A stretch of 64,000 bases of DNA, from positions 11,469 through 75,468 of the forward strand of contig CAWIQD010000024.1 in the NCBI GenBank assembly GCA_963837945.1, read 5' to 3'. The position numbers and the translations under genes were made by a program. The stretch is from an uncultured Acidobacteriota bacterium (GTDB taxonomy: Bacteria; Acidobacteriota; Thermoanaerobaculia; Multivoradales; DATKCC01). This document shows, one piece after another, positions 20,069-28,909 of the stretch. The notes beneath the pieces are model-generated. The model had not been told where the DNA came from. It ran no database searches and was given only the letters and a program-made list of their open reading frames with translations. How positions within the stretch are numbered: the first letter of the stretch is position 1; the number at the start of each line of letters is the position of its first letter.

Positions 20069-20799
20069 GGCGCCGGCCACCGGAAGAGGGCGAAGGCCTC
20101 GCGGTTGCCGCCCGCGCCCGGCACCTCCGAGTCGACGGTGGCTTCGACCTCGAGGCCGAGACCGGCCAGGGCCTCCACCGTCGTCTCGATCGCCCGGCGC
20201 CGGACCTCGGGGTCGCGCACGATGCCCCCCTTGCCGACCTGGCCGCGGCCGGCCTCGAACTGCGGCTTGACCAGGGTGAGCAGGCGGCCGCCGGGCCGGG
20301 CGAGGTGCGGCAGGAGCGCCGGCACGACCTTGGCGAGAGAGATGAACGAGACGTCGACGGTGACCAGATCCGCGGGCTCGGGCAGCGCGTCCGGCGCGAG
20401 ATAGCGAACGTTCGTCCGTTCCATGACCACCACCCGCGAATCGTTGCGCAACCGGTAGTCGAGCTGCCCGTAGCCGACGTCGACGGCGTACACGCGGACG
20501 GCGCCGCGCGCGAGCAGGCAGTCGGTGAACCCCCCGGTCGAGGCGCCGACGTCCATGCACACCCGCCCGCGCGCGTCGACACCCAGGGCGTCGAGCGCCG
20601 CCGCCAGCTTCCTGCCGGCGCGCGAGACGTAGGGCTCGGACCGCTCGAGGACCTCGAGGCGGGAGCCCTCGTCGACTCGCGTGCCGGGTTTGTCGACCCG
20701 CCGTCCCTCCACTTGCACCGTCCCTGCCATCACCGCCCGGCGCGCCCGCTCGCGACTGGCGAAGAGACCGCGCTGGACGAGGAGCTGATCGAGTCGCAC
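20065..20799 (-). CDS. tlyA: TlyA-family rRNA (cytidine-2'-O)-methyltransferase / hemolysin A
   Basis: S4 domain followed by the FtsJ-like MTase motif DVGASTGGFTDCLL. Confidence 0.8.
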   Translation of the reverse strand: MRLDQLLVQRGLFASRERARRAVMAGTVQVEGRRVDKPGTRVDEGSRLEVLERSEPYVSRAGRKLAAALDALGVDARGRVCMDVGASTGGFTDCLLARGAVRVYAVDVGYGQLDYRLRNDSRVVVMERTNVRYLAPDALPEPADLVTVDVSFISLAKVVPALLPHLARPGGRLLTLVKPQFEAGRGQVGKGGIVRDPEVRRRAIETTVEALAGLGLEVEATVDSEVPGAGGNREAFALFRWPAP

Positions 20800-20817
20800 C
20801 GCTGGCAGAGTCCGGCC

Positions 20818-21084
20818 CTACCCCGCCGGGCCCGGGCGGCCGATCACGGTACCGGGGAGAGCCTCGTCGACGAGCATGATCGGGATGTCGGAGACGATCG
20901 GGTAGACGAGCCCCGAGTCGGGAGAGTAGAGGCCCTGCTCGACCTCCGGCTCCTCGTCCCGGAAGTGCTCCCGGAACTTCTCCACCAGGGCCTTGCGCGT
21001 CTCCTCGGGAAGATCGACGAGCTCCAGCTCGCCCTTGGTCTGGGGGCAGACGAGGATTTCGAGCAGCTCGGGGTCGACGGCCAT
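20818..21084 (-). CDS. Trm112-family protein (DUF343)
   Basis: [16 protein letters not shown] is the Trm112/YcaR hallmark. Confidence 0.7.
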   Translation of the reverse strand: MAVDPELLEILVCPQTKGELELVDLPEETRKALVEKFREHFRDEEPEVEQGLYSPDSGLVYPIVSDIPIMLVDEALPGTVIGRPGPAG

Positions 21085-21142
21085 TTTCGGGTCTCCTGAC
21101 GGCGAATCAGCGTAGCACAGGGCCTGCGGTCGTGGAGAGGGG

Positions 21143-21688
21143 CTACGGAGACGCCCGGCGCCACGTCCAGAGCAGCGCCAGGGTCTCCTCGCCCGGGTTG
21201 TGGCCGTAGAGGCCGGCGTTCGACAGGTGGTAGAGGATCAGGCCCAGGTCCTGCGCGGCGCCGAGGCGCAGGTCGAGCTCGAGGCCCGAGCGGAACTCGA
21301 CCGCGCCGCCCAGGTCCTTGCCGTCCCCCTGGTGGTACAGGCCCCCCCCCGATTGGGGAACCAGCCGCCAGCGCTCGCCGAGCGGCAGCTCGAGGCGGAA
21401 CCCGGCGTAGCCGAAGGCGCCGTGCTGGTCGGTGGCCATCGCACCCAGGGCCGGCCCGAGGCGCCAGGCGAAGGGCGCGGAGCCCTGCCAGAAGGGCCGG
21501 AAGCGGAGCTCGAGGCCGAGCTCGTCGGTGGCGTCGGTCTCGCCGGCGTCGAACCGCCCGGCCCAGACCCCGACCTCGGTGAGCGCGGGCCCGGCGGGCT
21601 CGGCCCGCGCGCCGGACGGTGCGAAGAGGCCGAGGGCGCCGGCGGCGAGCAGGGCGAGCACGGCGAGCTTGGACGGGACGGAGCGCAT
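21143..21688 (-). CDS. Lipid A 3-O-deacylase PagL-like outer membrane protein
   Basis: Signal peptide followed by a small beta-barrel with a YHLSNAG...HNPG catalytic-like motif. Confidence 0.5.
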   Translation of the reverse strand: MRSVPSKLAVLALLAAGALGLFAPSGARAEPAGPALTEVGVWAGRFDAGETDATDELGLELRFRPFWQGSAPFAWRLGPALGAMATDQHGAFGYAGFRLELPLGERWRLVPQSGGGLYHQGDGKDLGGAVEFRSGLELDLRLGAAQDLGLILYHLSNAGLYGHNPGEETLALLWTWRRASP

Positions 21689-21725
21689 CTGGGTTCACCC
21701 CCTGACGATCGGTGGAGCGAGGATT

Positions 21726-23426
21726 CTACTCGGGCTCGGGCCGCGACGGCCGGGCCCCGGCGAGGGGGTCGGGCGTCGCCGCCAGCCCGGAGCGCCCCCA
21801 GACCGCGAGGAGCTTGCCCCGGAAGGAGACGACCATCTCCGCCGCGCCGAGGTGCCCTCCCGCGTTCGAGCGGTAGTGGACGATCACCGCCCCGTCCGGG
21901 TGCGCCGCGATCCAGGCGGGCACGCCGGCGGCGGCGAGCTCGGCGAAGGGCCGCTCGATCCGGCCCAGGAAGTGGAGCTCTCCCCGGTACTCGCCGACGT
22001 GCGCGATCGGCCGGCCGCGCACCTGCGCCTGGCCGACGTACTCGGCGACCGGGCGCAGGTCGTAGGACCGGGTCATCGCGGGCGCGAGCGCCAGGTGGAG
22101 GCCGGCGATCAGGACCGCGGTCGAGACGGCGAGGAGCCGGTGGGCGCGCGCCGCCCCGCGGACCAGGAGGAGCGCGACCCAGCCGCTCGCCGCCAGGAGC
22201 GCGAGACCGCTCCCCGGCGAGACCGCGGCGGCCCAGCCGGGCAGGCCCGGACGCCCCGCCAGGACGGGGGCCGCGAGCAGGGCGCCGCCCGCGATCGCGG
22301 GCAGGAGCAGCGGCAGCGCGAGGTCCCGCGGACGCACCCGCGCCTCGTCCGCGAGCAGCCGGGCGGCGAGGAGCGCGGCGGGCGGCAGGAGCGGCAGCAG
22401 GTACTGGGGCTGCTTGCCGCTGACCAGCGAGAAGAGGACGAACGAGGGCACGGTCGCGGCGGCGACGAAGCGCACCCCGCCCTCGGCCACGAGACCGCGG
22501 GCCCGCCGCGCCGCCCGCCAGAGCGGCGGCCAGAGGGCGAAGGGATAGAGGATCACCGGCAGGAGCGGCAGGTACCACCACCAGCCCCGGCGGTGCGCGA
22601 AGGAGCTCGCCAGGCGGCCGGAGGTCTGGCCCACGAAGATCGCGTGGGCGTAGGCGGGGCCGCCGGCGAAGGCCGCGGGCAGGGCCCAGGCGCCGGCGAT
22701 CGCGGCGCCCAGGGCGGTCGCGCCGAGGAGCGCGCCGTACCACCGAGCGGGCCGGGGCGGGGGCGCTCCGCGCTGCGCCGCGACGGCGCGCGCCCACCAG
22801 GGGCCGGCGAGCGCCGGCGGCAGCACGTGGAGCAGGATGACCGGCCCCTTGGCGAGCACTCCCAGGCCGATCGCCAGGCCGACCAGCCACCACGAGCCCC
22901 GAACGCCGCGGGCGGCGCGCACCAGGGCGAGCTCGGCGAGCAGGGCGCAGGCGGCGAGCAGCGGGTCGAAGAGCAGCAGGGTGCCGATCGCGGCCCACAG
23001 GACGAAGCCGACGAGGATCGTCGCCGCGCGGCCGGCGAGGTCGCGGCGCCCGGGCCAGAGCTCGCGGGCCAGGGCCGCGGTCAGCATCAGGCCGGCCGCG
23101 CCCGAGAGCGCCGGCACCAGGCGGGCCCACCACTCCGCGACGCCGAAGACCGCCCAGCCCGCCTGGATCAACCAGAAGAGGAGCGGCGGCTTGTCGCTGT
23201 AGGACAGGCCGTTCAGGTGGGGAACCAGGAAGCTCCCGGTGTGCCACATCTCCCAGGCGACCGACAGGTAGCGCGTCTCGTCGACCGGGGCGGCGGGACG
23301 GGTAGCGAGCGCGACCGCCGTGACGACGCCCCACAGGACGAGGGGCAGCCGGAGGGCCGCGAGGAGGCCCTGGCTCCCGGGCTCGAGGGTCCCGGGCTCT
23401 GAGATCGGGGTGTCGGGCGAGGTCAT
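21726..23426 (-). CDS. ArnT/PMT-like glycosyltransferase family 39/83 (polytopic membrane protein)
   Basis: ETRYLSVAWEMW...LNGLSYSDKPPL is the ArnT/PMT signature. Confidence 0.7.
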   Translation of the reverse strand: MTSPDTPISEPGTLEPGSQGLLAALRLPLVLWGVVTAVALATRPAAPVDETRYLSVAWEMWHTGSFLVPHLNGLSYSDKPPLLFWLIQAGWAVFGVAEWWARLVPALSGAAGLMLTAALARELWPGRRDLAGRAATILVGFVLWAAIGTLLLFDPLLAACALLAELALVRAARGVRGSWWLVGLAIGLGVLAKGPVILLHVLPPALAGPWWARAVAAQRGAPPPRPARWYGALLGATALGAAIAGAWALPAAFAGGPAYAHAIFVGQTSGRLASSFAHRRGWWWYLPLLPVILYPFALWPPLWRAARRARGLVAEGGVRFVAAATVPSFVLFSLVSGKQPQYLLPLLPPAALLAARLLADEARVRPRDLALPLLLPAIAGGALLAAPVLAGRPGLPGWAAAVSPGSGLALLAASGWVALLLVRGAARAHRLLAVSTAVLIAGLHLALAPAMTRSYDLRPVAEYVGQAQVRGRPIAHVGEYRGELHFLGRIERPFAELAAAGVPAWIAAHPDGAVIVHYRSNAGGHLGAAEMVVSFRGKLLAVWGRSGLAATPDPLAGARPSRPEPE

Positions 23427-23581
23427 GCCGGGCGGCGGCGATCCGCAGGGGTGGGTGGGCGACGGCCACGCGCTGCCGTCAGATCGGGCATAATCGCACG
23501 TCCCCCGACCCGACCGCCACTTGCGCCGGGCGCGGGCCGCGAGCCGGGTGGGCGGGGGCGCCCTGCGAGAGGACCACGTCC

Positions 23582-24382
23582 GTGAGCGAGCCCGAGGTCT
23601 CCATCGTCGTCCCGGCCTACAACGAGGCGGAGAGCCTGCCGGTGCTCGCCCGGGAGATCCGCGAGGCCTTGGGCGGCGCCGGGATCGCGTACGAGGTCCT
23701 CTTCGTCGACGACGGCTCGACCGACTCGACCCCCGAGGTGCTCGCCCGCCTGGCGGCCGAGGACCGGGCGATCCGGGTGCTGCGCCAGCGCCCGAACCGA
23801 GGCCAGTCGGCGGCGCTCGCGGGCGGCTGGCGGCTGGCGCGCGCGCCGGTCGTGGTGACCCTCGACGCCGATCTCCAGAACGACCCGGCGGACATCCCGC
23901 GCCTGCTCCAGGCCCTCGCCGGCTTCGACGTGGTCTCCGGCGTGCGCGTGAAGCGCCAGGACAACTGGCTGCGGCGCCTCTCCTCGCGGATCGCCAACGG
24001 CGTGCGCAACCGCTTGACCGGCGAGTCGGTCACCGACGTCGGCTGCACGCTCCGGGCCTGCCGGACGGAGCTCCTGCGCGAGCTGCCGATGTTCACCGGC
24101 ATGCACCGCTTCCTGCCCACCCTCCTCAAGCTCGCGGGCGCGCGCATCACGGAGGTCCCGGTCGGCCACCGGCCGCGGCGCTTCGGCACGACCAAGTACG
24201 GCATCCACAACCGCCTCTGGCGCGGCCTCGTCGACCTCGCGGCGGTGCGCTGGATGCAGAAGCGCTGGATCGACACGGGGCGGGTCGAAGAGGTGACGCC
24301 GCCCCCCGGCGAGCCGCGGGGAGTCACTCCGCTCCCGGCAGGACCTCGAAGCCGGCGATCCGGAAGTGGTGGTCGAAGGTGA
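23582..24382 (+). CDS. GT2-family polyprenol-phosphate glycosyltransferase (ArnC / DPM1-like)
   Basis: VSIVVPAYNEAESL...VLFVDDGSTDST...TLDADLQNDP motifs. Confidence 0.8.
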   Translation: MSEPEVSIVVPAYNEAESLPVLAREIREALGGAGIAYEVLFVDDGSTDSTPEVLARLAAEDRAIRVLRQRPNRGQSAALAGGWRLARAPVVVTLDADLQNDPADIPRLLQALAGFDVVSGVRVKRQDNWLRRLSSRIANGVRNRLTGESVTDVGCTLRACRTELLRELPMFTGMHRFLPTLLKLAGARITEVPVGHRPRRFGTTKYGIHNRLWRGLVDLAAVRWMQKRWIDTGRVEEVTPPPGEPRGVTPLPAGPRSRRSGSGGRR

Positions 24383-24734
24383 AGGCTCGGCGGAGCTTGC
24401 GCCGCTCCATGAGGACGAACGAGACGCAGTCGGTGAAGCTCACGTCCTGGTCGTGGTAGGTCTCGAAGGAGGCGAGGGCGGCGAGCTCTGCCTCGGCGTC
24501 GGGGCGAATCAGCTCGAGGGCGCGCGACGTATACAGCCGGCGAACGACATCTGCCGCGAAGTGGTGGCCGGCCCGGCGCCCGATGAGCGTCACGGCCTCG
24601 TCGATCACGAAATTGCTCGTCACGCAGCGCTCCCCCGAGCGGCCGATCTCCGCCCAGAAGCCGGAAGCGGCGGCGTGGTGCTGGTCCTTCGCCAGGTGCC
24701 GGCCCAGGAAGGCGCCGGTGTCGACGAAGATCAA
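24324..24734 (-). CDS. vapC: PIN-domain toxin VapC
   Basis: MIFVDTGAF start and the conserved acidic residues. The TTG start overlaps the vapB stop. Confidence 0.75.
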   Translation of the reverse strand: MIFVDTGAFLGRHLAKDQHHAAASGFWAEIGRSGERCVTSNFVIDEAVTLIGRRAGHHFAADVVRRLYTSRALELIRPDAEAELAALASFETYHDQDVSFTDCVSFVLMERRKLRRAFTFDHHFRIAGFEVLPGAE

Positions 24735-24967
24735 CCCCGCTCCCCGTAGAGATAACGGTCGTGCTCTCGAGAGAGGTCTGGAGGTACCGGGCCTTCGAAG
24801 ACCGGAACCTCCGCGAACAGAGGATCGTCCTGCCAGTCCCGCCGCGCATCCAGCCTCCGCTCCAGGGTCTCGCGGATGAGCTCGGCGAGCGAGATTCCCA
24901 GCCTACTCGCGATCTCCTGAGCCCGGAGCTTCAGGTCCTCCGGCAGCATGATGGTGGTTCTCGTCAT
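24731..24967 (-). CDS. vapB: VapB-type antitoxin (RHH/CopG-like)
   Basis: Small protein immediately upstream of vapC with translational coupling. MLPEDLKLRAQEIASRLGISLAELIRETL is RHH-like. Confidence 0.65.
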   Translation of the reverse strand: MTRTTIMLPEDLKLRAQEIASRLGISLAELIRETLERRLDARRDWQDDPLFAEVPVFEGPVPPDLSREHDRYLYGERG

Positions 24968-24977
24968 CGGTCGTGCT

Positions 24978-25258
24978 CCTAGTGGTCTGATTCACAAATC
25001 CCTTGTCTTTCGTTGCGGTGCCGCGCGGCCGGATACCAGGCGCCGCGACGCAGGCGATGCCGAGCCATCGTCGAGGAGCGGCAACGCCGTAGGCGGCCGC
25101 GCGCCGCCGCAACCCGAAGGGCGCAGGGGGATTGCGGGCGTCTCCTGCGTTGCTCGTCGTCGACGATGCTACGGCATCGCCTCCTCCTCTCGCCTTGGAT
25201 CCACTCCGCAAGACCCCTGCGCGAAAGATAAGGGATTCGTGAATCAGACCACTAGTGG
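24978..25258. mobile_element. 281-bp palindromic MITE-like element with 34-35 bp near-perfect terminal inverted repeats (CCTAGTGGTCTGATTCACAAATCCCTTGTCTTTCG ... CGAAAGATAAGGGATTCGTGAATCAGACCACTAGTGG)
   Basis: The arms are rich in A/T relative to the genome. The interior is itself an imperfect palindrome. It starts ~11 bp upstream of the vapB start codon. Confidence 0.55.
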
Positions 25259-25322
25259 TCGACCGCCATAATATCACCGCCATAACCAAGCTGGCGGCCC
25301 GAAATAGGGCTGGCTCGGGGCC

Positions 25323-25871
25323 CTACTCGAACTCTTTGACCGGCGGCGCCTGGTCGCGGCCGACGCGGCCGGTTTCGATCTCGGCCTGGAAGTAGTTCTC
25401 GCCCCGGATGGGCGCGCCGGCGAAGCGGCGGAGCATGGCGATCTGGCCGACGTGCGAGAGGGCGTCGGCGATGGGTCCGCGGAAGATCTTCTCCGCCGGC
25501 AGGCAGCCCTCGTCGGCGGCGGCCAGCGCCTGGTCGAGGCGCTCGAGGGCGGCGAAGAAGCGCTCGACCTCCTCGTCCCAGGAGAGCGGCTCGGCGCCGG
25601 TCCAGCGGTACTCCCCCCGGCTCATCCGGAACGCCCAGTCGAGGAGGTCGCCCACGTGGGCCAGGATCTCGACCGGCGTGCGGGTCGTCTCGCCGGCCCG
25701 GAAGGCGGCGAAGGTGGCGGGCGCGCCGCGGAGCGCCTTGCCGCCGCGGTAGGCGAGGGTGGCGACGGTGTGACGGAGCAGCTCGATCTTGGGGTCGGGC
25801 CGATCGCGTGGGGCGCGGGAGGTGGGCTCGCTCATGCCCCGATCATCTCCCGGCCCGCGCCGCTCGCTCAA
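25323..25871 (-). CDS. DinB/YfiT-like superfamily protein (probable start at MSEPTS ~25835)
   Basis: IELLRHTVATLAYRG...ILAHVGDLLDWAF resembles DinB_2 four-helix metal-binding proteins. Weak. Confidence 0.35.
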   Translation of the reverse strand: MSERRGPGDDRGMSEPTSRAPRDRPDPKIELLRHTVATLAYRGGKALRGAPATFAAFRAGETTRTPVEILAHVGDLLDWAFRMSRGEYRWTGAEPLSWDEEVERFFAALERLDQALAAADEGCLPAEKIFRGPIADALSHVGQIAMLRRFAGAPIRGENYFQAEIETGRVGRDQAPPVKEFE

Positions 25872-26359
25872 TCGCTCGGGCGGAGCCCGGCGTCATACTG
25901 CGACGAAGTGTCGGGCCACCCTCCCGGGCATTCGTTCGAGGCCCTGGTCGGCGTTCCGGGTGCGCTTGCAGACGCGACTGAAGTCCGAGACGCTGATGGC
26001 TTGCGCCTCGAGAAGGTCGAGCCAGAGGTCGAACGGGTGCGCGACCCTCCCGCGGCCGAGCCCGCCAGGGCCGTGAGGGCTGCTCGTCGGTCGGACGTCA
26101 CGAAGATTGCGTCGTGGCCATGCACCAGGGCCCAGGCAATGGCTTCGTGCTCTGCGAGGTTCGTGGTCTGCCTTTCCTCACCGTGCAGATCGAACAACAC
26201 TTCCTCGGCAGGGTCTCCGCTGCCCACGAGAACCCCGAAGACTTCGATTTCCGTGGCCGAGGAGACCAATAACCGTCCGCTCGGGTACGCACTCAGGTCC
26301 TCGGATAGCTTGAGGTCGGAAAGGACGTCAAGGGGACCATCGTCGATGATCCAGCGCAC
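25868..26359 (-). CDS. PIN-like domain protein with a Ser/Thr-rich C-terminal tail
   Basis: ...AEHEAIAWALVHGHDAIFVTSDRRA resembles the C-terminal half of PIN nucleases. The N-terminal IIDDGPL is acidic. Confidence 0.35.
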   Translation of the reverse strand: MRWIIDDGPLDVLSDLKLSEDLSAYPSGRLLVSSATEIEVFGVLVGSGDPAEEVLFDLHGEERQTTNLAEHEAIAWALVHGHDAIFVTSDRRAALTALAGSAAGGSRTRSTSGSTFSRRKPSASRTSVASASAPGTPTRASNECPGGWPDTSSQYDAGLRPSD

Positions 26360-26363
26360 CTTC

Positions 26364-27476
26364 TCAAGCCCAGGTCACGATGTCGCGACCGCGGCCCGCC
26401 GAGATCACGCCGGTCGTCGCCGCCTCCGACGCGAGAGCCGCGATCACGCCTTGCGCGATCGGGGAGACCTCGCCCGCCGGCGGAAAGACCTCTGCCTCCC
26501 GTTCGAGCTGCCGGGCACTCGAGCTCTGGCCGGGTGTCCTTTCGAACGCCGCGCTCCAGTCGTGATCTTCGCTTTGGGTCGCGCGATCGAGCGCCTCGGC
26601 TGTCACTGGCTTGATGAGACCGCAGTTCTTGGCGTGCCAGATCGCTCCACGAATGGAGAAGCCCCATCGCCGTGCGAGCTCCTCGACTTTGCGCTCCGGC
26701 TCTCGGATCCGACGACCGTCCCCGGCTCGGAACCAGTGCTGGACCTCGTCCCGGGGCGCCAGAAACGCCGGCGCGAAGGCCCGAGCCCGCTGTTCCGTCG
26801 CCGTGTGAAAGTTCCCGGTGCCCTCGGCCCAGGATAGCTGGGTGGTGAGATCGCGATCCCCCGAGTCATGAAGCAGGTGACACAGCTCGTGCGCGAGAAG
26901 AGCCCGGCGGCTCAGAACGGACCGAGACCTGGGGGAACGATCATTGAGCAAGATGACCGGGAGAGCTTCCCGTTCCCAAAGGCTCGCGGCATCCAAGCTC
27001 GCGGAGGAGAGCTCGGCTCGCGCAACGTGGACTCCGGCCTCCGTCAACAGCCGTTCGAGCTCCAGGATGGGGCCGGGCCGCGGAAACAGCGACCACCGGG
27101 CCGTTTGGCCCATCTGATAGCCCTGCTTCCAGGGTTCGACTCGCTCCCCAACCGGTCTCGGATCGCGTAGATCGGCGAGCCGGATCGGGCGGCCGACCTG
27201 ACTCGCCAGGAACCCGCCGATCCGGCTCAGCTCTGCGGCCAGGGACAGCGTGCGCAGGTCGTCCGACGTCAGCGCGACGCCCGCCGCGGCACGGAACCGT
27301 GCGACGCTCCGCCGGGGACTGCGATCTGCTCCGCTGGCCAGGGTGCCACTGTCAACGGCCAGCCCTCGGCAGATCGCCTCGAGCTTCCGACGGATGGATT
27401 GGCGATCCGGCCTCGATGTCCTGGAGGCGATCGGCCGTGACACCCGACCACTGGGCGACTCGCTCGATCGAGGCAC
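26364..27476 (-). CDS. ImmA/IrrE-family (M78) zinc metallopeptidase; probably the C-terminal part of an HTH-ImmA fusion interrupted by a frameshift
   Basis: HEXXH motif LAHELCHLLHD together with DUF955-like context. Confidence 0.6.
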   Translation of the reverse strand: MPRSSESPSGRVSRPIASRTSRPDRQSIRRKLEAICRGLAVDSGTLASGADRSPRRSVARFRAAAGVALTSDDLRTLSLAAELSRIGGFLASQVGRPIRLADLRDPRPVGERVEPWKQGYQMGQTARWSLFPRPGPILELERLLTEAGVHVARAELSSASLDAASLWEREALPVILLNDRSPRSRSVLSRRALLAHELCHLLHDSGDRDLTTQLSWAEGTGNFHTATEQRARAFAPAFLAPRDEVQHWFRAGDGRRIREPERKVEELARRWGFSIRGAIWHAKNCGLIKPVTAEALDRATQSEDHDWSAAFERTPGQSSSARQLEREAEVFPPAGEVSPIAQGVIAALASEAATTGVISAGRGRDIVTWA

Positions 27477-27591
27477 CGAAGTCTTCCCGCCGGTGGCGCA
27501 AGCGATCCGCCAAGGAGTCGATTCGGCTCTGGAGCTGAACAGTCATCCGGGTCGTCCTGCTGGAGGTGGCCAGCGGGCGAAGGCCACCCAA
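27352..27591 (-). CDS. XRE-family helix-turn-helix domain (probable N-terminus of the ImmA/IrrE protein in another frame)
   Basis: FGASIERVAQWSGVTADRLQDIEAG is an HTH_XRE motif. The ORF overlaps the ImmA frame by ~125 nt. Confidence 0.45.
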   Translation of the reverse strand: MGGLRPLATSSRTTRMTVQLQSRIDSLADRLRHRREDFGASIERVAQWSGVTADRLQDIEAGSPIHPSEARGDLPRAGR

Positions 27592-27639
27592 TGAGTCTAA
27601 CAGCTCGTGGTGAAATGTGCCGTCACCAACCCTCTCCTC

Positions 27640-28317
27640 CTACCCCGACGCCGTCTCGGCAATCAGCCCGTCCGGGCCCCGTCGGTGAGGCTCAGTGGGC
27701 GGCACCTCCTTGAAACGGCCCGCGCCGCTCGCGGGCTGAAGGGCCGCCCGCTCCACCGCCCGCGCGCGGGCGACGCTCTCGGCGATCACCTTGGCGTAGT
27801 AGCGGGGCATCGAGGCCTGGACCGCGGGGGCGATCGCGGCCGGGTCGGCGGTGGCTCCGGGCGCCAGGCCGTCGAAGGCGGCGATCCGGCCGTCCTCGAG
27901 CAGCGGGCGCACCCAGGTCAGGGGCTCGCTCGCCACGTCGGTGACCGTCGCGGCGCGGATCGCTCCGGCCGGGTCGAAGGCGACGCCGACGCCCAGCGGG
28001 CCGTGCTCGGACGCGGTCCAGAGGAACACGACCGAGCCCACCAGTGCGCCGCCCGCGTCGCGGCCGACGTAGAGCTGGAGCTCGTCGGAGTTCGGGCTCC
28101 AGCCGGTCGCCTCGCGGACCCGCCGGGCGACGTCCGCCGTCAAGTCCTTGGCGAAGAGATTGGTCGCGCCGGGGAGGACTTGCTGGACGAAGGCGCTCTT
28201 CTTGACCAGCTGCACGTTGGGAGTGATGTGGGCGAAAGCGGGCGCGGCCAGGAGGCTCGCGGCGGCGGCCAGGACCGGGAGGATCGACCGGCCGGCGAAG
28301 AAACCGGTGTTACGCAT
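27640..28317 (-). CDS. Secreted FMN-binding-domain-like protein
   Basis: Signal peptide. GAIRAATVTDV resembles the FMN_bind flavinylation region. Weak. Confidence 0.3.
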   Translation of the reverse strand: MRNTGFFAGRSILPVLAAAASLLAAPAFAHITPNVQLVKKSAFVQQVLPGATNLFAKDLTADVARRVREATGWSPNSDELQLYVGRDAGGALVGSVVFLWTASEHGPLGVGVAFDPAGAIRAATVTDVASEPLTWVRPLLEDGRIAAFDGLAPGATADPAAIAPAVQASMPRYYAKVIAESVARARAVERAALQPASGAGRFKEVPPTEPHRRGPDGLIAETASG

Positions 28318-28909
28318 GGGAGGGCTCCTTGGGGGATCGCTGAAACCAGCACTGCGTCAGGGTGAGAACGAGGACGACGAGGTAGACCAGGCCCATCGCC
28401 AGGCCGCCGGCGACCGCGAGCGTCGCCCAGGCGACGCCCCACGCGGGCGCGAGGTGGGCGCCCCAGAGGCCGACGAAGTCCGCCGCCGGCGCCGCGAAGG
28501 CGAGGAGGACCAGAGCCGAGCGCACCCGCGAGCCGAGCTCGAGCCCCATCGCGATCGCCGCCAGGGCGAGGGCGCAGAGGGCGTAGGCCGGCACGTGGAC
28601 GTGGGTGTCCTGGACCAGGAGCTCGCGCTCGACGTGGTGCTCCCCGCGGTCGAGGTCGGCGAGCGAGATCGGGTGCTCGCCGGCCGGCCCGGCCGCGGCC
28701 GTGCCGGACACCTGAGCGCCCCGGGGGGCGAGCTGCCGCGCGACGCCGGCCGGCGTGAACGAGGAGAAGTCCTTCACCTGCCAGGCGCCGAAGAGGTCCG
28801 CGGCGCCCAGCAGCAGGAGGAACAGGGTGACGGCGAGCCGCAGCTCGAACGGCCCGCGCGGTAGACCGCCCAGCGCGAGGGCGGCGGCGGCTCTCGGCCT
28901 CTCCGGCAT
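28310..28909 (-). CDS. Membrane protein (4 predicted TM helices, His-rich loop GEHHVE..HVHVPAY); start at MPERPRAAA
   Basis: Hydrophobic segments. Start/stop overlap with the upstream barrel gene. Confidence 0.3.
   Translation of the reverse strand: MPERPRAAAALALGGLPRGPFELRLAVTLFLLLLGAADLFGAWQVKDFSSFTPAGVARQLAPRGAQVSGTAAAGPAGEHPISLADLDRGEHHVERELLVQDTHVHVPAYALCALALAAIAMGLELGSRVRSALVLLAFAAPAADFVGLWGAHLAPAWGVAWATLAVAGGLAMGLVYLVVLVLTLTQCWFQRSPKEPSHA

Noticed and set aside
17059-23469. Long Arg/Pro/Gly-rich antisense ORFs (e.g. 17059..18981, 21238..23469, 11077..12477, 48899..51886, 52212..55292, 31567..33216)
   Set aside because: These are stop-free alternative frames typical of ~70% GC DNA. 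They lie antisense to, or out of frame with, clearly conserved genes.
24903-25289. ORFs on both strands encoding similar peptides (...SGLIHKSLVFR..., ...KDKGFVNQTT...) across the palindromic element
   Set aside because: A mirror-image coding artefact of the long palindrome. No ribosome-binding site or conservation.
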